Assembly (NCBI GenBank): GCA_965216875.1
Contig: OZ244207.1
Coordinates: forward strand, 832,001 to 896,000
DNA length: 64,000 bases
Source of the DNA: Rubripirellula sp.
GTDB taxonomy: Bacteria; Planctomycetota; Planctomycetia; Pirellulales; Pirellulaceae
Reading direction: 5' to 3'
A program made the position numbers and the translations under genes. The notes beneath the pieces were generated by a model. It ran no database searches. It saw only the letters and a list, made by a program, of their open reading frames with translations, and was not told the origin of the DNA. Positions 1-10,065 of the stretch are shown here, piece after piece. The stretch's first letter is position 1; every line of letters starts with the position of its first letter.

Positions 1-1139
1 GATTCGTCATGCGTGACGATTAGACCTGGGCCATCAAAAGGGGACGTCGTCGCAATTGCGGACGTCAGTTTGAGATCCGTATCGTCGGAGTCGTCTTTGA
101 GGGTGCTGGTAATCGCAGAACCAAATCCACCATCACCCGTTCCCGGCAATATCGCCACCTGCGACGATTCCACTCCAAAGAGAGCGATATCCAAGTGCCC
201 ATCGCCGTTGTAGTCCCCGCTGGTGAAACCACCAGGAAACTCAACGTCCGTTTCGGTAACCGTGCTGTCGTAATCGAGAGCACCGTTCCGCTGAAACAAA
301 TGAATCTCGGCTTTCTGACTACTGTTCTGAGAGAGCACCGCGATCTCAGGACCGACGCTTGCGTCAAAATTGTCGACAATCACATCCAAGGGATTCGAGA
401 CTGACGCGAGCAAGTCCGTTACAAAACTGTTTCCGTTGTACTGAGATTGAACGACCACATTCCCTTGATCGCCAGTGACGAACACTAAGTCGTCCTTGCC
501 ATCTTGGTCGAGATCGCCGGTGGCTAACCTCGCTCGTTTTGCGTCGAACTTGAACAATCCCAGATTGACATTTGTGTGGGAAGCTGATGACGTCGCTGGA
601 TAGGTCCCGTCAGCCTGACCTTCGAAGATCTCGAATGTCCCCGTGTTGAACCCGAACGGATTTCGTTGGACGACAACAATGTCGCTCGTTAGGTCTCCAT
701 CGAAATCGCCGATCGCTATGTCGCCAACTTCTGTATCGCTTCCCAAGTCGAACAGTCGGGACTGATTCCGAAACAGCGCCAAGTCGACGCGACGATCGAA
801 CGCAAAAATACTGTCCTGGTCTGGCGCCTCGATGCGTAGCGTGACGCGATCACCCGCGTTGAGGCTAGCGCCCAAGATTCGATAATTGCCATTGGAGTCC
901 GTGTCCGCAAACGGTTCGCCAGCATCAAGCTCCTGATTGAGATTGAGGTCAATGTAGACTCGGGCCTCACTGGGCAAGCCGAAGTCGTTGACTTGGCCCA
1001 AGATGTCTCCGGCCAGCATTGCGCGTTGCTCGAGACGCTCGATCCTACACCTGGAACGTCGGGTCAATCTTCTTCGAGGCCTCTTGTTGTGGGCGTTCAA
1101 TCCGGCGTTGAATGGCTGGCGAGTTGAGCGAGTAAGCAT
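1..1139 (-). CDS. Partial (3'-truncated by window edge) planctomycete extracellular protein: Planc_extracel-type N-terminal motif, SdrD B-like segment, FG-GAP/VCBS repeats
   Basis: Manually translated open frame from ATG 1139 to the window edge with no stop (absent from ORF track). Reads MLTRSTRQ...RRRLTRRSRCRIERLEQRAMLAGDILG, then VYIDLNLNQELDAGEPFADTDSNGNYRI, then repeats GDFDGDLTSDIVV, GDLDQDGKDDLV and GDYNGDGHLDIAL. Confidence 0.9.
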   Translation of the reverse strand, partial: MLTRSTRQPFNAGLNAHNKRPRRRLTRRSRCRIERLEQRAMLAGDILGQVNDFGLPSEARVYIDLNLNQELDAGEPFADTDSNGNYRILGASLNAGDRVTLRIEAPDQDSIFAFDRRVDLALFRNQSRLFDLGSDTEVGDIAIGDFDGDLTSDIVVVQRNPFGFNTGTFEIFEGQADGTYPATSSASHTNVNLGLFKFDAKRARLATGDLDQDGKDDLVFVTGDQGNVVVQSQYNGNSFVTDLLASVSNPLDVIVDNFDASVGPEIAVLSQNSSQKAEIHLFQRNGALDYDSTVTETDVEFPGGFTSGDYNGDGHLDIALFGVESSQVAILPGTGDGGFGSAITSTLKDDSDDTDLKLTSAIATTSPFDGPGLIVTHDE

Positions 1140-1241
1140 TTTCTACTGGGGGCAACACAAAGATCCGGCACTATACTGATTCCTCAAATATTGAATCACG
1201 GAGGCACCGTGGATTCAAGGAAATCTAGCCAAACACAACGC

Positions 1242-4200
1242 ATGTCTGATCAAACAGAAGTCAAAGCGCAAGCCGTTGCCCGAAGGGTCGCCGAACTCGA
1301 CGACTCTGACTGGGAGAGGCGTATCGCCGAACTGTGTGGCGATGACAACGAATTGTCACAACGTGTACGGGTGTTGCTCGCCCAGACGATTTCCCCCTCG
1401 ACGATCGACACGAACGAGCACGCCCCTTCCACCACGGTGACGCCTGAGCCGAGCCTCGACGCAAACGAAACACTGGAAACACCGAATTATCTAAGCAACG
1501 CAGAGCAACTTGCCGCGTTGCTCAGTAGCGATTTTGGTGACCAAAACAACGAACTGTCAGCCAGCGACCGAAAGGCATTAGCCGATGCCTGCAGCGAATT
1601 CGAGAAACAGTGGCAAAGCAACTCACCACCGGAAATCGCCGACTTCGTACTTGATGAGTTTGCTGAACCAATCAGGCACCAACTTGTTCGGGACCTCGTT
1701 TGCGCAGATATCGTCCATCGCGAACGATCGGGAAAATCGCTCTCCCCAGGTGACTATTTGAAACGTATGCCCGGGTATCGGCTGGCCATCGAATCGGCAT
1801 GGTGGTCAAGGTTCTACCAAATGCGGACCCAGCCCGACGCATCCGATCGTGCTCGTGAACTCGCAACTCACGTCTCGAACGCTGCTAGCGGTATGGATGG
1901 CGAAGACGATGGATCGCGCGGCCGTTTCCAGCCCTACGCGTTGCATGCGAGTGGCGGATTGGGCGCAGTTTTTCGTGCTCGAGATCAACAGATTCGACGC
2001 ACCGTTGCGCTCAAGGAAATCCGTAGCGACCGTGTCGATCAGCCGTCGGCCAGGGAACGGTTTTTGTTTGAGGCGAAGGTAACTGGTGAACTTGAACACC
2101 CAGGAATCGTGCCGATCTACGGTCTCGGCAAACACCGCGACGGTAGACCTTACTATGCAATGCGATTTGTCGTTGGCGAAACTCTAAGCCGCTCGATTCG
2201 AGAGTTTCACGATCAGCATCCCCAGCCAGGCAGCGACGCCTTTTACTCGCAAGCATTTCGCGCTCTCATTCGACGCTTCGTCGACGTTTGCAATGCGATT
2301 CATTACGCACACGACCAAGGCGTTTTGCATCGTGACATCAAGCCTGACAACGTCATGCTTGGACAGTACGGCGAGACTCTGGTTGTCGACTGGGGGCTTG
2401 CCAAACGGTATGCGTTAGACGATGCCGATGGAACCGAGACGTCGGAAGCGGACGAGAGTTTGCCGCTCCTTGCCGAGTGCGATGATGTTTCGGGCGACAG
2501 CGTCAAAGGAACGCTGGTCTTCATGAGTCCAGAGCAGGCAGCGGGAAAGAATCAACAGCTCACCGAAGCGACCGACATCTATAGCCTCGGTGCGATGTTG
2601 TTCAACCTACTGACAAACCAATACTCCGTAGGTGGTGAAAGTAGCCGAGAGAAGCTGGACCGCGTGAAACGGGGCGAAGTTCGCGATGTTGTTGACCTTG
2701 TTTCGACAGCGCCCCGGCCACTCGTTTCGATATGCCGCAAAGCGATGGCGTTCGAACCAGCCGACCGCTACAAGTCGGCGTCTGAACTTGCTGATGATCT
2801 CGAACGTTGGGCGGGCGATGAACTTGTTGTCGCGCACGCCGATGTCGAATCAATTGCCGACCGCTCCGCTCGACTCTTCCGACGCTATCGTAGTTGGACG
2901 CTCGCCGGGGTTTCGTCCGCGCTTGTTATCACCGTTGTATCCATCGCCGCGGCGCTGCTGATCGGCAGTGCTTGGAGGGGTGAGTCTCTGGCGAAGGCAG
3001 ATGCGCTGAAGTCAAAAGGGGAGGCCCTTGTCTTTCTGGAAAGCGCAGAGGAATCCATTAATGATTGGCTCGTTCATAGCAGTGATTCACTCACTTACCT
3101 TCCTGGGGGCGTGTCGGTGCGGCAACGCCTTCTCGAAATGGCAGCGGAAGACTATCGCGAGCTGGCGCATCTGAGCAGCCATGATCCTGAGATCGCAATT
3201 CATCGTGGTCGCATCATGCTTCGACTGGGTGACATCGCAAGGCGTGCGCGAGACACAGCCCAAGCTCGAGTGGAATACGCGGCAGCATTGGAGGTGTTTC
3301 GCGCTAGTGATACCGACGAGTACCTTGCAGAACAGGCGAACACTCATTTACGGCTTGGAAAGTGCGACGTCATCGACAACGATTTGGCTGCTGCGCGAGC
3401 CGAGTACAAGGTGGCTGTTGAGATTCTGGATTCACTGGCGAGTTTGAATCGTTCAGCGCGGCACCTTCGTTACCTTGCAGCGGCTCGAATCAACCTTGGT
3501 GCCGTTTTGACAGAGCTTGGCGAGTTGGAGCTTGCTCTTAATGAGCTTGGCATCGCCAACGAACTCTTCGAAAAGATTGAGTCGTTGGCTGGCGAACTCG
3601 ATCGCGAAGAACAGAGCCAACAGGCAATTGCGCTGGAATACCTTGGGCGAATTCATGAGCAGCGAGGCGAATTTGACCGCGCCGCCAGTGACCTCATGCT
3701 GGCGGCATCTCAGCTCGATGCGCTCGTCGCCAGCGTCCCTGATTATCCTCCCTTTCTTGAACGCCGCGCCGACGTTCGCGTCTCGATCGCCAGACTAAGG
3801 TCCGAGTTTGGAGATCACAAGCAAGCTCTACAGCACTGTGAACTTGTCGTAGGGGACTACGGAGCGTTGTTGCGTTCAATGCCTGACGACGCTTTTTACC
3901 GTGAAAAATTGGGGCTAGCACTCACGAACCTGGCAATCACTCAGCACCACGGCGACCAACCCCACGTCGCGTTAGAAACACTTTCCCAAGTCGAGCCGGT
4001 CTATGAGCAAGTGCTCGACGAATATGGATTGACGGTCGAGGCGCTGACCTTTCTGGATGCCAAGGGGAGTGTTCTCGTCGACCAAGAGAAGTCCGACGAG
4101 GCAGTCGCGCTCTATCGACGGATTGAAACGCAATATGAAATGGTCGTCGATGAAACGATGCCAAAGAAAGAATTGCGCGAACGTTTCGCAATCGCGCTAA

Positions 4201-4847
4201 GTCATCACGGTCTTGCCCAGCAACAATTGGGTGACATCGAATCGTCTACGACAAAGTTTCGTCAATCGTTGCAGCTCCTCACGGATCTGATAGCGGAACA
4301 GGATCTACCTCGCTACCGAGAGTTGATTGCGTCCGTCTATGAGCGGCTCGCGTATGCGCAGTTCGAGGATGACCCGACGGTCGCAAGAGATGCCTTCTCG
4401 AAAGCCCTCGAACAACGCGAGTCGATTCGTCCTGAATATCAATCACCGAGGCACCTGCGCGATTTTGCGCTGATGATTGCGGTCTGCCCGTTCAAAGAAA
4501 TACGTGAGGCAAATCTGACGAGGGCGCACAAGCATTCGGCTGCGGCCAACACACGTTTGCCTGCGGACCACCAGACCGCGAGCGTCTATGCGATCCTGAC
4601 TTCGCACCAAAATCCCCAGGCTGCGCTGACCTTGATCGACGAGATCGAATCTCAGTTCCAATCACGTACTGCCCGAGATCACTTTGCAGCGGCGGTCGCA
4701 CATCACGCTTTGGGAAACATCGAGCGAGCAAATGACGCCTTCAAAGAAGCAGAGGATTGGATGTCCGAACTTCGCCCGGGCGACCACCAACTAAGAGCTC
4801 TACGGGCCCATGTGAAACGCAAACTGCGTGAAACTCGGCCTCAATAG
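1242..4847 (+). CDS. Hanks-type Ser/Thr protein kinase with one TM segment and C-terminal TPR-like repeats
   Basis: Motifs GGLGAV, VALKEI, HPGIVPIY, HRDIKPDN, DWGLAK and GTLVFMSPEQ; hydrophobic segment after the kinase domain; helical TPR-like tail. ATG 1242 preferred over TTG 1191. Confidence 0.93.
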   Translation: MSDQTEVKAQAVARRVAELDDSDWERRIAELCGDDNELSQRVRVLLAQTISPSTIDTNEHAPSTTVTPEPSLDANETLETPNYLSNAEQLAALLSSDFGDQNNELSASDRKALADACSEFEKQWQSNSPPEIADFVLDEFAEPIRHQLVRDLVCADIVHRERSGKSLSPGDYLKRMPGYRLAIESAWWSRFYQMRTQPDASDRARELATHVSNAASGMDGEDDGSRGRFQPYALHASGGLGAVFRARDQQIRRTVALKEIRSDRVDQPSARERFLFEAKVTGELEHPGIVPIYGLGKHRDGRPYYAMRFVVGETLSRSIREFHDQHPQPGSDAFYSQAFRALIRRFVDVCNAIHYAHDQGVLHRDIKPDNVMLGQYGETLVVDWGLAKRYALDDADGTETSEADESLPLLAECDDVSGDSVKGTLVFMSPEQAAGKNQQLTEATDIYSLGAMLFNLLTNQYSVGGESSREKLDRVKRGEVRDVVDLVSTAPRPLVSICRKAMAFEPADRYKSASELADDLERWAGDELVVAHADVESIADRSARLFRRYRSWTLAGVSSALVITVVSIAAALLIGSAWRGESLAKADALKSKGEALVFLESAEESINDWLVHSSDSLTYLPGGVSVRQRLLEMAAEDYRELAHLSSHDPEIAIHRGRIMLRLGDIARRARDTAQARVEYAAALEVFRASDTDEYLAEQANTHLRLGKCDVIDNDLAAARAEYKVAVEILDSLASLNRSARHLRYLAAARINLGAVLTELGELELALNELGIANELFEKIESLAGELDREEQSQQAIALEYLGRIHEQRGEFDRAASDLMLAASQLDALVASVPDYPPFLERRADVRVSIARLRSEFGDHKQALQHCELVVGDYGALLRSMPDDAFYREKLGLALTNLAITQHHGDQPHVALETLSQVEPVYEQVLDEYGLTVEALTFLDAKGSVLVDQEKSDEAVALYRRIETQYEMVVDETMPKKELRERFAIALSHHGLAQQQLGDIESSTTKFRQSLQLLTDLIAEQDLPRYRELIASVYERLAYAQFEDDPTVARDAFSKALEQRESIRPEYQSPRHLRDFALMIAVCPFKEIREANLTRAHKHSAAANTRLPADHQTASVYAILTSHQNPQAALTLIDEIESQFQSRTARDHFAAAVAHHALGNIERANDAFKEAEDWMSELRPGDHQLRALRAHVKRKLRETRPQ

Positions 4848-5059
4848 GCTAGGTGGCGCAAACTGCGGAAACTCTTCCGCCTTCAAGACGTAGACCCTGT
4901 CACTCGTCCCAATTGTGCCGATTGGGAAGGTAGTAAGGGCCTTCGTTTCACAGAAGCGGCAGTGAATCGATGCGGGTTTCTCAACCACAGGTGCGGCTGT
5001 GAAGTGACCGTACTTTGGATCCTCCGCCATGATTGGACCAAGAAGCTCGTAGTCAACCA

Positions 5060-7552
5060 ATGTCCACGATCCGTTTGGTCGCACTCTCCGTTTGGCTTTG
5101 TCTTAGCGGTGTCTCTAGCCACTTGATGGCCGACGACACCAGCAACCAAGCGAGTTTGCGTTCCGAAGAAGGGCAGGCGTTTCGCCCCGTTGTCGTGGCC
5201 GCGTTACCTTTTTCCATCGCGGAACAATACGCGCGGGACTCTGAGGTTTCTCGCTTCATCGAGGAAACCTCGCCACTGCAACAGGCCAGCATGCTGCAGC
5301 CCATGCCACTGATCTTGCCTCGCGGTGAGGTCACACCTGAGTTGGGTTTGACCGTCTCGACAAACGGAATCGCGGCCGGAGCGTCAACGAATTTTGCTGC
5401 GCGGCTCTATGGTGGCGGTCGCGCAGACCGAAGCTTGTTGCGCAAAGCAAAACTCGGATCGCCTTCGCTAAGTGTCGATGTGATTCGGGGCGCCGAGGCA
5501 GCCCCGCTGACCTCTACCGATCTTGGGCACCTTCTCAAGCGTTCAACTTCGGCACTGAGCGTGGAGACACAAAGTCGTACGCCGATTGTTGGTGACTCGC
5601 GGATACGTGGCTCTCGTGCGGGTTCGCTTGCCGCTTCGGGATCACACTGGGTCCCAGCTCGAGCGGACCTCGACACGGCAATGAACAAGATCGATTCCCG
5701 CCAGATCCGTGATGTGATCGTGATTCCAGGTCCCTACAGCAGCGTGTACGGACCTGCCTTCAATTACTTGGACTTCCAGCTCGAATCATCGCCACGATAT
5801 GAAAACGGGCGCGAGACTCACGGCAATTCAAGCTTCGAACACAAGAGCAATGGAAACCAATGGCTTGGCCAGCAGACTTTGCTCGTTGGCGGGCAAGATT
5901 GGGGGATTCGAGGTTCCTATGCTCATCGAAGGGGAAGCAATTACCGAAGCGGCGACGGGGTGTCCACGGCATCGAGCTACGAGTCGCGGATTTTCAACAT
6001 TGCAATGGGCAAGGACTTTGATGCCGATCGCAGCATCGAGCTTTCCTTGTTGCGTCTCGATCAGACGGACGTCGAATTCCCTGGCTTCGTCTTCGACATC
6101 AACAATCTTGTCACCGATGGGTACGAGGCTGTTTACTCCAATTCCGATTCCTGGATTGGCGATCGAACGGAAACGGAGATCTGGTACAACCGAACCGATT
6201 TCAATGGTGACTCTGACAATCCCGAAAAGCAGAATCAATTCCCGTTCTTGGCGTTCGTGGACTTCAACGGTGTTACCGACGCCGATGTGATGTCGACCGG
6301 TTATCGACGCGCGATCAGTTGGGGCATTCAGCCTGACGAACTACGGTTTACTGTGGGGCATGATCTGCGTTTTATCAAACAGGAAGTGAACGAAGTATTC
6401 GACACACTCAGGCTTGGGGCTCCGGCTAGGTTTTTCGGGCAAGCGCCGCTTCCACGGTCCTTTTCTGTTAACCCTGGGTTGTTCGCGGAATACTACGAGC
6501 GTTTCTGTGACGTCTATGCGTTTCAATCTGGACTGCGGCTCGACTACGTCCAAACCGACATCACCGAAGATCCCGCAAATCTACAGAGCGTTGGTTTGAC
6601 TGGCCGCACTTATGAAGATGTCATCGGCACCAATCTTTCACAACGCGACCGTCTCCTTTGGAGTCTCTATGGACGTTTAGAAAAGAAGATCTCGCCTCAA
6701 CTGACCGGCTCCGTCTCGGTTGGCTACGCTGAGCGGGCGCCGACGCTGACTGAGCTTTATGGCGTCGAACAGTTGTTGCTGATGGTGCAGAATGGGCTGA
6801 ATACGCTGACAGGTGACCCACGCTTGAAAACTGAAAAACTGATCCAATTTGATGTCAGCGCAGACTATGAGGGAAAATGGTTTCGCGGTGGCGCTCGCGG
6901 CTATCATGGCTGGGCCTTCGACTACATCACCTTTGAAAACACGGGCGTCGTTATCTTCAACGGCAGCGTGGTTCAAACCAACTTGCGCGCCGTGAACACT
7001 CGGCTGGCAACGCTTGCCGGGTTTGAAGCCTATGCTGAGGTTGCTCCGAAAGAGCCGCTAACACTCTTTGCCATTGCCAAGGGTTCCGACGGGCGTGACC
7101 GAACTCGAAACGGCGATTTCGCAACGCGCGCGGCAAACACCTTTTTCGCCTCTGAACGTATCGCGGGGCTTCCTCGTGGTGCGTTCAGTTTTGTTCCGGG
7201 CAACGATTCTGAGTCGCTACCTGGTATCAGTCCATTCGAAACACGTTTGGGCGTGCGTCTACGCGACAACGTCGATGAACCTCAATGGATCGTCGAATTG
7301 GCGGCACGCGTCGTTGACAATCAAGATCGTGTCGCAAGTAGTCTGCTTGAATTTGCGACTCCCGGATTCACGGTTTGGGATCTACGCACAGTGTGGCAAC
7401 CGCGACAATGGGACCGACTGACGGTCTACAGCGGCGTCGAGAACTTCACCGACAAAGCCTACCGCGAACACCTCGATTTTCAATCCAGAGCGGGCGTCAG
7501 CGTTTTGCAACCTGGCGCCACCTTCTATGTCGGAGCCGACATCGACTACTGA
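5060..7552 (+). CDS. TonB-dependent outer membrane receptor (OprC/NosA-like C-terminus)
   Basis: Signal peptide; plug-like IRG...IRDVIVIPGPYSSVYG; RAPTLTELY, GDPRLKTE, TPGFTVWDL and ENFTDKAYREHL...PGATFYVGADIDY ending in an aromatic residue. Confidence 0.88.
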   Translation: MSTIRLVALSVWLCLSGVSSHLMADDTSNQASLRSEEGQAFRPVVVAALPFSIAEQYARDSEVSRFIEETSPLQQASMLQPMPLILPRGEVTPELGLTVSTNGIAAGASTNFAARLYGGGRADRSLLRKAKLGSPSLSVDVIRGAEAAPLTSTDLGHLLKRSTSALSVETQSRTPIVGDSRIRGSRAGSLAASGSHWVPARADLDTAMNKIDSRQIRDVIVIPGPYSSVYGPAFNYLDFQLESSPRYENGRETHGNSSFEHKSNGNQWLGQQTLLVGGQDWGIRGSYAHRRGSNYRSGDGVSTASSYESRIFNIAMGKDFDADRSIELSLLRLDQTDVEFPGFVFDINNLVTDGYEAVYSNSDSWIGDRTETEIWYNRTDFNGDSDNPEKQNQFPFLAFVDFNGVTDADVMSTGYRRAISWGIQPDELRFTVGHDLRFIKQEVNEVFDTLRLGAPARFFGQAPLPRSFSVNPGLFAEYYERFCDVYAFQSGLRLDYVQTDITEDPANLQSVGLTGRTYEDVIGTNLSQRDRLLWSLYGRLEKKISPQLTGSVSVGYAERAPTLTELYGVEQLLLMVQNGLNTLTGDPRLKTEKLIQFDVSADYEGKWFRGGARGYHGWAFDYITFENTGVVIFNGSVVQTNLRAVNTRLATLAGFEAYAEVAPKEPLTLFAIAKGSDGRDRTRNGDFATRAANTFFASERIAGLPRGAFSFVPGNDSESLPGISPFETRLGVRLRDNVDEPQWIVELAARVVDNQDRVASSLLEFATPGFTVWDLRTVWQPRQWDRLTVYSGVENFTDKAYREHLDFQSRAGVSVLQPGATFYVGADIDY

Positions 7553-7582
7553 GAAGACAAGCAGACTATCGCACACCGATAA

Positions 7583-8944
<1,362 letters not shown>

Positions 8945-9142
8945 CAATAACACCGTACATATTGTCTTGCCGACCGTTCGTGAGACACCTTGGATGCCTC
9001 TGCAAATGAGAGAGAAGGCCGTCATTCTCGGAATTGGGCCTCATTGTAGCGCACTTCGTTCTGTGAGTTTGCTAGTCTAAGACCCTCAAGATTCGAATCC
9101 CTTGCGATCCCTAACACCCTCTATTGGTAGATTGGTTCGGCC

Positions 9143-9217
9143 ATGATCAAGCTCGCCGCCCTCCTTCTCGCACCTGCACTACTTTGGTTCGTGAAGTGGT
9201 GCTTGTTTGACGACTAG
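9143..9217 (+). CDS. Candidate 24-aa hydrophobic small protein MIKLAALLLAPALLWFVKWCLFDD
   Basis: ATG...TAG frame in the intergenic gap with single-TM composition, preceded by an extended -10-like TGGTAGATT (9125-9133). Confidence 0.4.
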   Translation: MIKLAALLLAPALLWFVKWCLFDD

Positions 9218-9323
9218 CGGCCAGCGATTCGAAAAGTTCAGAATTCGCGTCCATGGGATGTGGATGATCTGCAGCCCTTTTCGTTTCAATAACGTGTTAC
9301 GCGTTGAAACTACGGAGATCGGT

Positions 9324-10043
9324 GTGCTCGTATCGTTCGCTTACCGTTGGCTATTTCCGCTCGGCTCGGTGGTGTTGCTTGCCGTGCTTTCTGGCTGTGG
9401 CGCGCAACCCGCGCCACCAAGGCAGTCGCTGCCGACAAGCGGCGAAGTCACGATTGAGGGCGACGTGTGGGCTGACAATTGGTTTTCGCTCTACTTGGGC
9501 GACCAGTTGTTGATTGAAGATTCGGTCAGCATCACGACCGAGCGTTCGTTCAATGCCGAATCGTTTTCGTTCCAGGCGGACTATCCCATCGTTTTGAACC
9601 TAATCGCCAAAGATTTCAAGCAAGACGATTCGGGACTCGAATACATCGGATCGAAAAAGCAGCAGTTGGGCGACGGAGGGCTGATCGCACAGTTCCGTGA
9701 TGCGAAAACGGGGAAGCCTGTGGCGTTGACCAATGCGAGTTGGCGCTGTCTTGTGCTTCACCATGGTCCGGTCGACGAAGCGTGTGCCGCCGAAACCAAT
9801 CCTCAAGCGGGTGTTGGCCCCTGTGAATTCATAGTCGCTGAAGCGCCGGAAGGGTGGATGGACGTCGCTTATGACGCCACCGCTTGGGAAGCAGCCACTG
9901 AGTTTTCGGAAAGGGAAGTGCGGCCCAAGGATGGCTATGACCGAATTCAGTGGCATGAAGACGCCGCGCTGATTTGGGCCGCGGATCTCAAGAAAGACAA
10001 TACCGTTCTATTCCGAATCGTGATTGACAAGCCCGTTGAATGA
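9324..10043 (+). CDS. Putative lipoprotein of unknown function (beta-sandwich-like), partner of YHYH protein
   Basis: GGAG at 9314-9317 before GTG 9324; lipobox LSGC; conserved-looking WADNWF, DSVSITTERSFN, QQLGDGGLIAQ and IWAADLKKDN. Confidence 0.8.
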   Translation: MLVSFAYRWLFPLGSVVLLAVLSGCGAQPAPPRQSLPTSGEVTIEGDVWADNWFSLYLGDQLLIEDSVSITTERSFNAESFSFQADYPIVLNLIAKDFKQDDSGLEYIGSKKQQLGDGGLIAQFRDAKTGKPVALTNASWRCLVLHHGPVDEACAAETNPQAGVGPCEFIVAEAPEGWMDVAYDATAWEAATEFSEREVRPKDGYDRIQWHEDAALIWAADLKKDNTVLFRIVIDKPVE

Positions 10044-10065
10044 ACCAGCAGAGGATTCTTTTGAG

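Noticed and set aside
9085..9115. ttcgaatccc resembling a tRNA T-loop or att remnant
   Set aside because: No flanking T-stem or acceptor stem and no match to the tRNA-Arg 3' end beyond the loop.
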